This document shows, piece after piece, positions 20,234 through 31,827 of a stretch of DNA of 64,000 nt. Numbering within the stretch: the first letter of the stretch is position 1; each line of letters opens with the position of its first letter. The position numbers and the translations under genes are program-made. The DNA lies in assembly GCA_965219095.1 (NCBI GenBank), contig CBDCMT010000001.1:416001-480000 (forward strand), read 5' to 3'. Origin of the DNA: Bdellovibrionales bacterium (lineage in GTDB: Bacteria; Bdellovibrionota; Bdellovibrionia; Bdellovibrionales; UBA1609). The notes beneath the pieces were generated by a model. The model had not been told where the DNA came from and did no database searches. It saw nothing but the letters and a program-made list of their open reading frames with translations.

Positions 20234-20904
20234 TCATGCCACAAAACTTTTTTATCCTTAAAAATTAGATCGCCTGAACTAGTGATGTCTAAAAGAGGTG
20301 TATAAGAAAAATGTTTTATGGCTTTTTTTATCTTATTTCTAACCTTTAGTTGAAGGGTTTTTTCTTCAACAGGCCATTTATAAAGCCTGTTTAGAAATTG
20401 AAACCAAAGCTCTTTAGTCATCAAACCTCCCTCTTGCAATAAAAACCCTGAAGAAGAAAGTCCTGAAGGTGAAGAGGAAATATTAAGCCCTAAACCTATT
20501 ATGAGACGACCTTGAACTGCTTCAATCAAAAGCCCTCCTATTTTTTTTTCACTAAAATAAAGATCATTAGGCAGTTTCAGTTTGATGCTTTTGTGAGGAA
20601 AACAAAATTGCACTGATTCCCACAAATGCAGTCCTATAAGGAGAGGCAGAATATAAGGAGGTGTTTTCACAGCTGAAAAGCTAAAAGAAGCCAAAAAACC
20701 TGAATTCTGCTTAGGACTCTGCCACACCTTTTTTCCTCTTCCTCTCCCATGAGTTTGAAAACCCGCTAAATACAATTTAAAAGGAGGATCAGTTAAAGCC
20801 TTGTCTCTAGCCGACAGGTTTGTACTCTTTAACTCATCGTAAGCTTCATAAAAAAGCCCCTTAGCTTTAGCCCACTCAGAACTCCATCTAAAAACATCCA
20901 TCAC
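20227..20904 (-). CDS. birA: Biotin protein ligase (no DNA-binding HTH)
   Basis: STN, QTHGRGRGKKVWQS, KLPNDL, KIGGLLIE, IGLGLN. Confidence 0.88.
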   Translation of the reverse strand: MMDVFRWSSEWAKAKGLFYEAYDELKSTNLSARDKALTDPPFKLYLAGFQTHGRGRGKKVWQSPKQNSGFLASFSFSAVKTPPYILPLLIGLHLWESVQFCFPHKSIKLKLPNDLYFSEKKIGGLLIEAVQGRLIIGLGLNISSSPSGLSSSGFLLQEGGLMTKELWFQFLNRLYKWPVEEKTLQLKVRNKIKKAIKHFSYTPLLDITSSGDLIFKDKKVLWHEL

Positions 20905-21731
20905 AAATAAGCCTCAAGACTTTGTTTTTGCAACCTTCCGAAAAGAAAAGAGGTTTTTACAGAACAAGCCTCCTTATAAGAAAGACAGATAAAGTCAGGC
21001 TCAAACTGCTTAACAATTCTTTGAGCTAATTCTAAAGAAGAGCCTACCTTGACTTGTACAAAACACTCTTTCGGTATGATTTCATAACCCTCCTTTAAAG
21101 TGCTTTCGTCTAAAAGAACTCCTTCAACGGACACTCTTAAAGCCTCTTCAAGCTCCTGTTTATTAGACACCTCAACAATCAAAGGGGGACAATAACTTTT
21201 CCTTCTCAAAACTTCTACAGCATTAGAAAGACTAGAGTAGTAATTAATAAAACTGGTATCTATTAAAAAAGAAGAACTTTCAACACCACCTCCATGACAA
21301 AGGGCTTGTTTTTCTAAAGGACTGAAGGGGCGTAAATGAGAGCAAAGTACTTGAGATTTTGTAGAAAGAGTTTGGTTTTTAAACCCACGAATGTAAGTGG
21401 CCAGACCACACAGGCGACCTAAAAGATCATAAATTACTTTCTCAGCCTTTAATAAAGTCGCTAAACTCACTTCAACTAAACAAAGAGTCTGGCCTGATAG
21501 AACAAGATCGCCTTGCTCGAAATACCACTGAAACTTAACTTCCTCGTCTAACAAACAAAATGTTTTTTCAAACACATCTTGGCCTGAAAACACAAGATCT
21601 TCTTCAGCAATAAAAGGAACATGAGCTTTCATACCTGTATGAGGATAAAGATGAAAATCATAACTCTCTAAATATGCTTTGATTGTTTTCTCTAAATCAG
21701 ACATTTTATAACTTTCCTTTATTTTTTTCAC
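20901..21731 (-). CDS. NadC-fold protein with degenerate active site
   Basis: LLKAEK...LCGLAT, EKQALCHGGG, IVEV, VLLDE align to quinolinate phosphoribosyltransferase; TRKT and HR motifs absent. Confidence 0.7.
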   Translation of the reverse strand: MKKIKESYKMSDLEKTIKAYLESYDFHLYPHTGMKAHVPFIAEEDLVFSGQDVFEKTFCLLDEEVKFQWYFEQGDLVLSGQTLCLVEVSLATLLKAEKVIYDLLGRLCGLATYIRGFKNQTLSTKSQVLCSHLRPFSPLEKQALCHGGGVESSSFLIDTSFINYYSSLSNAVEVLRRKSYCPPLIVEVSNKQELEEALRVSVEGVLLDESTLKEGYEIIPKECFVQVKVGSSLELAQRIVKQFEPDFICLSYKEACSVKTSFLFGRLQKQSLEAYL

Positions 21732-22698
21732 CTAAGAGTTTTTCTAATTCATCTTTAAGTACTCTGACAGCCACTTTAGGTAAAATTTCTCTCATAAAAA
21801 CCTTAAGCTCTTTTTGAGCTAGCTGTAAAATTTCTTGTCTGATAGCTTCTTCCATCATTTCTTTTTTAAAGTTCTTTTTTTCATCTTGAGATAGGGTTTT
21901 TACTCCTTGGGTCTGTTTTTGATCCAAAGAAAGCTCTTTAAAACCATCAATATTTTTTGTCACATTACCAATAGCTTTCTCCATATCTTTCATACCTTTT
22001 GTTTCTGATAAGCTAGAAGCTATGTTTTGATCTTTTCCTTTAAGCACCTGTCTTTCCGGCCTCAATGCTAGGTCTGGCTTTTTTTGAGAAGACTCTATGT
22101 TTTCTAAAGAGGGGTGATCAAACCAATGATCTAAAGCTCCAAGATCCCCTCCTAGAGGGCTTTGAGCTTCTTTGTTATTTTCTCTGGCCTTAACTTCAGA
22201 ATCATCCTCTTTCTTTTGAGAAACACTTTCGTCTTTTTTGTTTTCTGAACTAAGTTCATTCCACTCTTTTTCATCTTCTTCTATTTCCGGCATATCAGGA
22301 AAGATCATATGCTCTAAAGCAGGGTTAGTATCTAAAGAGGCTTCCGTATGTTTTAAGATCATCTCTCTTACCTGGCCAATATCAAAAGGTTTTTTTAAAT
22401 GATCACAAGCTCCACATTGTTGAAACTTCTCTCGATTGAGTTTCATAAAAGATGTCCACATTAAGATAACAGGCAAATGTTTAAAGTGATGCTTTAACTC
22501 CTTACACACTTCATAACCATTTTTTTTAGGTAAAAGCAGATCTAAAAACACAACATGAGGATTAAAGTTTTTAACACATTCAAAAACTTCATCACCTGAG
22601 TGAACGGACTTTACATCTACTGACATACCCTCTAAAGTGAGGTGAAACACTTGCTTTGAAGCAGGGTTTTCATCAGCAATCAAGACACATAGAGACAT
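21706..22698 (-). CDS. romR: RomR-like response regulator (receiver, acidic linker, conserved C-terminal helix)
   Basis: LIADE, VFLD, LMWTSFM, KPF; C-terminal REILPKVAVRVLKDELEKL; next to nadC-birA. Confidence 0.7.
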   Translation of the reverse strand: MSLCVLIADENPASKQVFHLTLEGMSVDVKSVHSGDEVFECVKNFNPHVVFLDLLLPKKNGYEVCKELKHHFKHLPVILMWTSFMKLNREKFQQCGACDHLKKPFDIGQVREMILKHTEASLDTNPALEHMIFPDMPEIEEDEKEWNELSSENKKDESVSQKKEDDSEVKARENNKEAQSPLGGDLGALDHWFDHPSLENIESSQKKPDLALRPERQVLKGKDQNIASSLSETKGMKDMEKAIGNVTKNIDGFKELSLDQKQTQGVKTLSQDEKKNFKKEMMEEAIRQEILQLAQKELKVFMREILPKVAVRVLKDELEKLLGEKNKGKL

Positions 22699-22823
22699 AG
22701 CAACAGTAAAGCCCTAAATGAAGACTTTCGTCAAGCAAACCTTTTACTTAGAACAAAAAATTTTAATCGTTAAAATTTGTAATTTTAGAAATAAGTTGCA
22801 GTGCACCTAAAGACCCCTTTAAA

Positions 22824-23963
22824 ATGATCTTAATGTTATCCGTTAAAGACAGAAAGATCCTTCTCTTATTTCTCAAGTTTTTTTTCATCTCTTTTGTTTT
22901 TCTCATCGTGCTATTTGCTTTTCTTAACTATATTACCATTCTTGCAAAATACTCCCCTGATCTTAAAAGACTTCCTATTTATTACCTCTACTTTTCAGGC
23001 ATGATCATCTACTGGATCTTTCCCATCAACTGTTTAATGGCCGCCTTTCTCACCCTTTCCTATCTCAATAGAAACAACGAAGTCCTTGCTTTTTTAAGTT
23101 TAGGCTACAGTTTAAAACAAGTGGCTTTACCTATTTTAACAGCTATTGCTTCACTTTGCATTCTTATGTTAAGTTTCAATCTAAACCTTCTGCCTTATAT
23201 GGTAAAAAAAAGAAAACAAATCTTCTATGAAGAGTTTAAGAAAAAACCCCACCTCTACTCCCTTTTAAAGATGAACAAGGTATGGTACCGCTATGAAAGA
23301 ACGTTCCTTAGTATAGAGATTTTTGAACCTAAACTAAAAAGAGCTCAAAAAATAAGCCTCTACATTTTCAATAAAGATTGGAGTCTAAAGTCTATTCTTC
23401 AAGCTGAAAGTGCTAGAATAGAAGCTCCCTACTGGTATTTACAAAACGGAACATCTATTACCTACGAAAAACAAACCCCTGTTGTGAAAAATTTTTTAGA
23501 ACAAAGCTTCCTTCTCAACGAAGAAGCAAGTCAGATCAAAAATATAGAAAATCTAACCTTTGCTTTAACAGGATCTGAACTCAGACAGTTTATTAAAAAA
23601 AATCGTCATTCAGGAATCTCTATAGCTGGTTATGAAGTGGATTACTACAACCGCTTTGCTCATACGATAGGTGCTTTACTTATGAGTTTGTTTGCCTTTT
23701 TATTTTTTCAAGTTGGCGAAAGACAAAATAAGGAAGTGATGAATTTTGCAGGCTGTGCTATCATCACCTTTAGTTTTTGGCTACTATCTAATATGTCTAT
23801 GAATTTAGGCCGACATCAGGCTCTCAACCCCTTTTTATCTGTATGGCTTCCTCCTTTACTCTTGTCTTTTCTCATGATGTTTCTCTTCAACCATCAAACA
23901 AAAGGTAGACTCTGGCATAGAGTCTGCATTTTTTTCAAGCTATTAGCAGGCTCTGGAAAATAA
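22824..23963 (+). CDS. LPS export ABC permease, LptF/LptG family
   Basis: Three TM segments, periplasmic domain, three TM segments; LNRNNEVLAFLSLGYSL, LNPFLSVWLP. Confidence 0.88.
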   Translation: MILMLSVKDRKILLLFLKFFFISFVFLIVLFAFLNYITILAKYSPDLKRLPIYYLYFSGMIIYWIFPINCLMAAFLTLSYLNRNNEVLAFLSLGYSLKQVALPILTAIASLCILMLSFNLNLLPYMVKKRKQIFYEEFKKKPHLYSLLKMNKVWYRYERTFLSIEIFEPKLKRAQKISLYIFNKDWSLKSILQAESARIEAPYWYLQNGTSITYEKQTPVVKNFLEQSFLLNEEASQIKNIENLTFALTGSELRQFIKKNRHSGISIAGYEVDYYNRFAHTIGALLMSLFAFLFFQVGERQNKEVMNFAGCAIITFSFWLLSNMSMNLGRHQALNPFLSVWLPPLLLSFLMMFLFNHQTKGRLWHRVCIFFKLLAGSGK

Positions 23964-24274
23964 CACTAAATATTAAATGTATGGAGCATTTTTCTTTGCT
24001 TTTCACAAATGCACAATTGTTTTACAGCATCCAAATCGCTTGTATAAGTTTTTACACCTTTTAATAAGAAAGCACTTCCTTTCTCAAAGACAAGTCCTAA
24101 AGCATGTATCCGAAAAAAGCTAAAAAAATAACTTTACTTCACCGTCTAGAATTCGGTAAATAGAAAAAGAAAAAATGGATGACCAGCCTTTTTGAAAGAC
24201 TAGGACTTAAAAACCCTGATTAGAAGAGTTAGACTCATCTAAGAAGTAAATTCATAAAAAGGAGCTTACTATTA

Positions 24275-25140
24275 ACTCGAGTTTCGACTTTTATATATTT
24301 TTCAGAACCCCCTGTTCTTGAGTTTTAAGTTGAATGAAGGGTTTTTTAGGTTTTAAGCAAGTAAGAGATGAGAGTACCTAAAAGATTGATGACAAAGTTT
24401 TGTGAGCTACGATGGCGAGAATGCTCAAGATGAAACTCTCCTTTTAACACTCCAATCACTGACCTCCACAACAGAACGTTTTTTCAACATCAACTTGTCA
24501 AATAAGGGAATCAATTTATTTTCCATATTTAATTTGATGTTTGTAATAAGCTTAACTCCTTTCTTTAAAAGAAGTTTAAAAAGGTCTGATGAAATATAAC
24601 CTCTGTCCCCCAAAGAGTTTTCCCATAAACCCTTTACTATAAACCCATAACTTAGCTTTCGATCATCCACATTTTCCGGAGTTAAGGTAAAACTTAAAAG
24701 TTCTCCTAGGTAATTGATAACAATAGGGAGTTTAAATTCGAAGAACCAGCCTGTGACTTCTTTTACTTTTTTTAGCTAACTTTTGAAACACCTTATTTCG
24801 TCCTATTCTTTTATTTTTGAAGAAAAATCGATGTGGAATCAATAAATGATATGCCTGTGGTTTTACCCATAAGGCTTGTCGAGAAAAGAAACATAAAAAA
24901 AACCATGTTTTTTATGTTCACAAATCAGGAGTAAGACAACATTTCAAGAAAATAAGATTTAAGGTAGATTTCTGCAGACTGGTAGAAGGCTTTAAAATTC
25001 CTAAGCCTAAAACTTTGGAAAAGTAAGATAGAAAGTGATGATTTCTCTGGGAGATAGGCACAAGAAAAACCTCTTTTATTTTTGGCAAACCAGTTTTGGA
25101 TTGTTGTACGAGAGGGGTTAAAAAATCATCGATAAGAACA
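24275..25140 (-). pseudogene. Degraded IS982-family transposase
   Basis: GDRGYIS, KRSVVE, SRHRS and KPKKP spread across frameshifted frames. Confidence 0.75.
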
Positions 25141-25142
25141 TA

Positions 25143-25365
25143 TAGTGCTTCCGCTTAGGTTTTCCGTTTTTTTTTGAGTTGAGGTCTAGTTTTTATTCTA
25201 AGGCCTTGATAAAAAGTCATTTATTTTTAAAAATAGTTTCATATGTCAGGGTTTCTATCAAAAAAAGAGCGAAAAGATTTACTCTATGAACTATCTCTAG
25301 AGAAAAATCTTAAATACGCAAAAAGGATTATGACAATTCTCCATTTAGATAAAGGTAAGTTGTGT
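25143..25365 (+). mobile_element. IS630 type A left-end fragment
   Basis: Matches 9205 onward; cut by IS66. Confidence 0.88.
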
Positions 25366-26143
25366 GTAACTGCTCACTCTCGTAAGTTTTTATTTAAAGC
25401 CATAGAGATGGCTTCTAAAGAAGAATACCCTCTATTTCTCATTGTTTTAACATAGCTGGTAATACGACAAAAATATTTCGCCATTTCTTCTGTTCTGAAA
25501 CACCCTGACACTTTCTTTTTCACTTTAGTCATTCTTAGATCTCTTTCAGCTCTGTTATTAGTAGGATCTACGTTCTTTCTTTTAGCAAAGCACAGTATTT
25601 CTGCTTCATACTTTTTAAATCGCAGCCAAAGGTTTTGAGCTTGTGTATGCTTTATTCGTCCTTTCTTGCCATTTTTCTTAGGAAATTCTGGAAGCTCTTT
25701 TAAGCCTTTTGTAAGAATACTCCTATACCTTCTCTGAAGAGTTTCGTACTCTTTTTGAGTCAGAACTCTTGACTCTTTTTTATGAACTAACTCCACAGTC
25801 TCTTTAAGAAGTTTTTTGAGATTTGTAGCCCATTTGAATCCATTGCTTTCTTCTATAAATTTAAGCTCTCTCAAAAGGTGAGCCACACACAAAGCATGAG
25901 TTATCTTATCATAACAAAAGTAAGGACTCCAACAATCATGCACAAGCACTCCTCCATATCTATCCAAGAGACCAATATCTTTTATGGCTTCCCTTCCACG
26001 TGAAAGGTGGAGAAACTGCAAGACTAATTCTCCTGAACTATAAGTATGAATCCAGTAGTTTTTACCCTTAACCCTCATAGAGGTCTCATCAACATGAATG
26101 ACCTCTATGAGGGTTAAGGGTAAAAACTACTGGATTCATACTT
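25366..26143 (-). mobile_element. Inverted IS66 3' half ending in a fold-back junction
   Basis: Reverse complement of about 8060-8798; 44-bp arms at 26042-26085 and 26100-26143. Confidence 0.88.
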
Positions 26144-26377
26144 TGAACTTCCCCTGTTTCTTAGGTGCTTTCATCCACAGATTCCCGGGAGGAACCCTTT
26201 TTTGTAACTGGATTTTTTAACATGAGTTACGGAAGAATCCACAACGCAAGAAGTTATTTCTTTTTACTCCTTCTCATATAAGTTATTCTTTTAACAAAGG
26301 ATAAGAGTCTTTTCCTTTAAAGTTAGAAAACAAGGCTCAAAGCCAAATAACAAAAATAAAAAAGGAGGGATTTTGTT

Positions 26378-26806
26378 ATGAAAAAATTTTTAATTGTAAC
26401 GGCTGTAAGTTTAGGGTTTTTAAATCCTATTTTTGCTATCAATGAGTTGGTGATATTTGCTGTAGATGTAATAGATAAACCACTAGACATATCTACTGAG
26501 ACTAATGAGAGCAAAGCGCAGGAAGATGACTGCAAAAGTGTGTTAAATAGTTTGGAAAAATTAAATAACAGAAACTTTAACTATACCAAAGAGATATCTA
26601 AATGGGTTTACTCCGTTGGAGACAATATCTACCGATGGGCAATCGCCTGCGAAAGAGGATGCCAAGATTCCCGTGGAGTCATGAAGGAGAGTGCTGGAAA
26701 CATGTATACATCAGCTAAAATCATTAACGATTTCAATCATACTTTTCAAGAAAGATCTGAAATTATTATAGAAAAACTCAAAAAATGTATGGGTGTTGAA
26801 AAATAG
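26378..26806 (+). CDS. Hypothetical secreted protein, 142 aa (copy 1)
   Basis: aggagg RBS, MKK-type signal peptide, four Cys. Confidence 0.8.
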   Translation: MKKFLIVTAVSLGFLNPIFAINELVIFAVDVIDKPLDISTETNESKAQEDDCKSVLNSLEKLNNRNFNYTKEISKWVYSVGDNIYRWAIACERGCQDSRGVMKESAGNMYTSAKIINDFNHTFQERSEIIIEKLKKCMGVEK

Positions 26807-26830
26807 CGAGAGCCTGTAAACTAAAAGGAA

Positions 26831-26864
26831 AAACACTCTTCTCTTAAAAAGAAAGAGTGTTTTT
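26831..26864. terminator. Probable bidirectional intrinsic terminator (repeated in each unit)
   Basis: aaacactctt...aagagtgttt hairpin between convergent genes. Confidence 0.6.
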
Positions 26865-26874
26865 TGCTATGAAC

Positions 26875-27761
26875 TTAATTTTTACAAAATTGACGATAAA
26901 AAAACTTCAAGAGTTTTGAATCAATATGAGTCGCTAAGTTGAAGTGAGTTTCATATCTTGTATTTGAAAGGTCTCCTAGATAAGAAAAGGATCTTTCATA
27001 AGGTATCACAGTATGGTGTAATTTCTCTGGGCCATAAACGCTGTAGGACACAAAAAGAGCTTTTTTATCATGCGGACATGAAAGGCTCATAAAAGCTCCT
27101 GAATTACCCTTCAAAGTAGGGCAATTATGTTTGAGAACATATTTAGAATAAAAACGGTTATAAGTATGAGAGAACAAACTTCTTTCTTGGCACCTGTAGG
27201 ATTTAAAATACTCTTTTTCTGATAAATCTTTTGAGACGGGAGGGGGAATGTTTAAGAGATGAAAATGGGTAGGGCTATAACTCATATGTGTATATAGAGT
27301 ACGACCAGATCCTGCACAAACTTCAAGCTCTTTTTTCCCAACCACTTTGTCAACATCCACTTCCAAAGTCTTTGGGAAATATATGTGAGACGGTAGAAGG
27401 ATAAGAGCTTGATCCACCCCCTCTAAAGGACTGTCTCCTGCATTACGAACTTCTTCTAAAAGGCAATTGTCATTTTTTTTAGATAAATAGCTCTGTGTGC
27501 AAATATTTTGTGATTTTTGAAGGTCTTGATAAGTTAAATAAAATTCAGGATGAAAAAGAGAAGTGGCAGAAACAACTCTAGCTACTATCTTTTTATTTTC
27601 CATAAGGCAATGACCTGCTGTTAAAATAAAAGCTCTAGAACACAATTTTTCTCTCCACTTTAAACGGATCACTAGACCCGAACATGTTTTCACATGCTCA
27701 GGCTTTCCCTTAATAGCACTAAAAATGGAAACAAGTCTTACAGAAGATTCATTGATTTTTT
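26875..27761 (-). pseudogene. Trypsin-like serine protease lacking its N-terminus (copy 1)
   Basis: LTAGHC, DQALI, GNSGA triad; 5' end replaced by IS66. Confidence 0.75.
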
Positions 27762-28618
27762 GTAACTGCTCACCTACATTGTTCAGTTATCCCTAACTTT
27801 AGACCTGTTTTAAGATAAAAGTCTTGCTCTTACAGATTTTCTTTTAAATACTCTTTTCAAATGACAATAAATAAGACCTCCATCAGAAATGAGATTGAAA
27901 ATATAAGAAGTGACTTTGATAAGCTTGCAAAGAAAGGTTCTGTGCCTACTGAGATTTCTGTGGTTTTTGAATCTCTCTTTAAGGTTGTGAACATTCTGAT
28001 TGTTGTGCTTTTAGAAAAACAGGTTCGAAAAAATTCCAGCAACAGCGGTCTTCCTCCTTCGCAAGATTTTAGTCGTCAAGGGAATCGTAATAAGAAAGCT
28101 AGTGGGAGTCAGAAAAAGGGCTCTAGACTTGATAACAGTAAAGATACAAACAGTGAGGAGACTGTCTCTCCCTCAGAGTGTTCTCAGTGTGGGATGTGTT
28201 TAAAGACAGCAGAGGTAAAAAGCCTTGAAAAGCGTAAAAAGATTGATATTTTTTATGAAATTCAGACCCATACTGTAACTTCTGAAGTTAAGGATTGTCC
28301 CTCATGTGGAGCTAGAAATAAAGGTCAATTCCCTAAAGGTATGAGTGGTCCTCTTCAGTATGGTATAGGCATTAGAGCTTCCATCATCAATTTCATTATA
28401 GTTCAGATGCTGTCTTTTAGAGCGTGTTGGGGAACATTACATGGGGCTTATAGGTCGAATGATTTCTCCTGCAGTTATGTTGAGATACATTGCTGAATTA
28501 GGAGAGTTTCTTAAAAGTTGGGAAGAGCAGATGAAAGAAAAGATACTTGAATCAGAGGTCATTCATGTTGATGAGACCTCTATGAGGGTTAAGGGTAAAA
28601 ACTACTGGATTCATACTT
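27762..28618 (+). mobile_element. IS66 5' half (unit 1)
   Basis: gtaactgctcac end; matches 7267 onward; frameshifted. Confidence 0.9.
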
Positions 28619-28852
28619 TGAACTTCCCCTGTTTCTTAGGTGCTTTCATCCACAGATTCCCGGGAGGAACCCTTTTTTGTAACTGGATTTTTTAACATGA
28701 GTTACGGAAGAATCCACAACGCAAGAAGTTATTTCTTTTTACTCCTTCTCATATAAGTTATTCTTTTAACAAAGGATAAGAGTCTTTTCCTTTAAAGTTA
28801 GAAAACAAGGCTCAAAGCCAAATAACAAAAATAAAAAAGGAGGGATTTTGTT

Positions 28853-29281
28853 ATGAAAAAATTTTTAATTGTAACGGCTGTAAGTTTAGGGTTTTTAAAT
28901 CCTATTTTTGCTATCAATGAGTTGGTGATATTTGCTGTAGATGTAATAGATAAACCACTAGACATATCTACTGAGACTAATGAGAGCAAAGCGCAGGAAG
29001 ATGACTGCAAAAGTGTGTTAAATAGTTTGGAAAAATTAAATAACAGAAACTTTAACTATACCAAAGAGATATCTAAATGGGTTTACTCCGTTGGAGACAA
29101 TATCTACCGATGGGCAATCGCCTGCGAAAGAGGATGCCAAGATTCCCGTGGAGTCATGAAGGAGAGTGCTGGAAACATGTATACATCAGCTAAAATCATT
29201 AACGATTTCAATCATACTTTTCAAGAAAGATCTGAAATTATTATAGAAAAACTCAAAAAATGTATGGGTGTTGAAAAATAG
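28853..29281 (+). CDS. Hypothetical secreted protein, 142 aa (copy 2)
   Basis: Identical to copy 1. Confidence 0.8.
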   Translation: MKKFLIVTAVSLGFLNPIFAINELVIFAVDVIDKPLDISTETNESKAQEDDCKSVLNSLEKLNNRNFNYTKEISKWVYSVGDNIYRWAIACERGCQDSRGVMKESAGNMYTSAKIINDFNHTFQERSEIIIEKLKKCMGVEK

Positions 29282-29349
29282 CGAGAGCCTGTAAACTAAA
29301 AGGAAAAACACTCTTCTCTTAAAAAGAAAGAGTGTTTTTTGCTATGAAC

Positions 29350-30236
29350 TTAATTTTTACAAAATTGACGATAAAAAAACTTCAAGAGTTTTGAATCAAT
29401 ATGAGTCGCTAAGTTGAAGTGAGTTTCATATCTTGTATTTGAAAGGTCTCCTAGATAAGAAAAGGATCTTTCATAAGGTATCACAGTATGGTGTAATTTC
29501 TCTGGGCCATAAACGCTGTAGGACACAAAAAGAGCTTTTTTATCATGCGGACATGAAAGGCTCATAAAAGCTCCTGAATTACCCTTCAAAGTAGGGCAAT
29601 TATGTTTGAGAACATATTTAGAATAAAAACGGTTATAAGTATGAGAGAACAAACTTCTTTCTTGGCACCTGTAGGATTTAAAATACTCTTTTTCTGATAA
29701 ATCTTTTGAGACGGGAGGGGGAATGTTTAAGAGATGAAAATGGGTAGGGCTATAACTCATATGTGTATATAGAGTACGACCAGATCCTGCACAAACTTCA
29801 AGCTCTTTTTTCCCAACCACTTTGTCAACATCCACTTCCAAAGTCTTTGGGAAATATATGTGAGACGGTAGAAGGATAAGAGCTTGATCCACCCCCTCTA
29901 AAGGACTGTCTCCTGCATTACGAACTTCTTCTAAAAGGCAATTGTCATTTTTTTTAGATAAATAGCTCTGTGTGCAAATATTTTGTGATTTTTGAAGGTC
30001 TTGATAAGTTAAATAAAATTCAGGATGAAAAAGAGAAGTGGCAGAAACAACTCTAGCTACTATCTTTTTATTTTCCATAAGGCAATGACCTGCTGTTAAA
30101 ATAAAAGCTCTAGAACACAATTTTTCTCTCCACTTTAAACGGATCACTAGACCCGAACATGTTTTCACATGCTCAGGCTTTCCCTTAATAGCACTAAAAA
30201 TGGAAACAAGTCTTACAGAAGATTCATTGATTTTTT
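29350..30236 (-). pseudogene. Trypsin-like protease lacking its N-terminus (copy 2)
   Basis: Identical to copy 1. Confidence 0.75.
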
Positions 30237-31096
30237 GTAACTGCTCACCTACATTGTTCAGTTATCCCTAACTTTTAGACCTGTTTTAAGATAAAAGTCT
30301 TGCTCTTACAGATTTTCTTTTAAATACTCTTTTCAAATGACAATAAATAAGACCTCCATCAGAAATGAGATTGAAAATATAAGAAGTGACTTTGATAAGC
30401 TTGCAAAGAAAGGTTCTGTGCCTACTGAGATTTCTGTGGTTTTTGAATCTCTCTTTAAGGTTGTGAACATTCTGATTGTTGTGCTTTTAGAAAAACAGGT
30501 TCGAAAAAATTCCAGCAACAGCGGTCTTCCTCCTTCGCAAGATTTTAGTCGTCAAGGGAATCGTAATAAGAAAGCTAGTGGGAGTCAGAAAAAAGGGCTC
30601 TAGACTTGATAACAGTAAAGATACAAACAGTGAGGAGACTGTCTCTCCCTCAGAGTGTTCTCAGTGTGGGATGTGTTTAAAGACAGCAGAGGTAAAAAGC
30701 CTTGAAAAGCGTAAAAAGATTGATATTTTTTATGAAATTCAGACCCATACTGTAACTTCTGAAGTTAAGGATTGTCCCTCATGTGGAGCTAGAAATAAAG
30801 GTCAATTCCCTAAAGGTATGAGTGGTCCTCTTCAGTATGGTATAGGCATTAGAGCTTCCATCATCAATTTCATTATAGTTCAGATGCTGTCTTTTAGAGC
30901 GTGTTGGGGAACATTACATGGGGCTTATAGGTCGAATGATTTCTCCTGCAGTTATGTTGAGATACATTGCTGAATTAGGAGAGTTTCTTAAAAGTTGGGA
31001 AGAGCAGATGAAAGAAAAGATACTTGAAATCAGAGGTCATTCATGTTGATGAGACCTCTATGAGGGTTAAGGGTAAAAACTACTGGATTCATACTT
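30237..31096 (+). mobile_element. IS66 5' half (unit 2)
   Basis: As unit 1 plus three single-base homopolymer insertions. Confidence 0.9.
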
Positions 31097-31330
31097 TGAA
31101 CTTCCCCTGTTTCTTAGGTGCTTTCATCCACAGATTCCCGGGAGGAACCCTTTTTTGTAACTGGATTTTTTAACATGAGTTACGGAAGAATCCACAACGC
31201 AAGAAGTTATTTCTTTTTACTCCTTCTCATATAAGTTATTCTTTTAACAAAGGATAAGAGTCTTTTCCTTTAAAGTTAGAAAACAAGGCTCAAAGCCAAA
31301 TAACAAAAATAAAAAAGGAGGGATTTTGTT

Positions 31331-31759
31331 ATGAAAAAATTTTTAATTGTAACGGCTGTAAGTTTAGGGTTTTTAAATCCTATTTTTGCTATCAATGAGT
31401 TGGTGATATTTGCTGTAGATGTAATAGATAAACCACTAGACATATCTACTGAGACTAATGAGAGCAAAGCGCAGGAAGATGACTGCAAAAGTGTGTTAAA
31501 TAGTTTGGAAAAATTAAATAACAGAAACTTTAACTATACCAAAGAGATATCTAAATGGGTTTACTCCGTTGGAGACAATATCTACCGATGGGCAATCGCC
31601 TGCGAAAGAGGATGCCAAGATTCCCGTGGAGTCATGAAGGAGAGTGCTGGAAACATGTATACATCAGCTAAAATCATTAACGATTTCAATCATACTTTTC
31701 AAGAAAGATCTGAAATTATTATAGAAAAACTCAAAAAATGTATGGGTGTTGAAAAATAG
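31331..31759 (+). CDS. Hypothetical secreted protein, 142 aa (copy 3)
   Basis: Identical to copy 1. Confidence 0.8.
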   Translation: MKKFLIVTAVSLGFLNPIFAINELVIFAVDVIDKPLDISTETNESKAQEDDCKSVLNSLEKLNNRNFNYTKEISKWVYSVGDNIYRWAIACERGCQDSRGVMKESAGNMYTSAKIINDFNHTFQERSEIIIEKLKKCMGVEK

Positions 31760-31827
31760 CGAGAGCCTGTAAACTAAAAGGAAAAACACTCTTCTCTTAA
31801 AAAGAAAGAGTGTTTTTTGCTATGAAC

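Noticed and set aside
30237..31096. Biological divergence of repeat unit 2
   Set aside because: All three differences are single-base homopolymer extensions, typical of long-read error.
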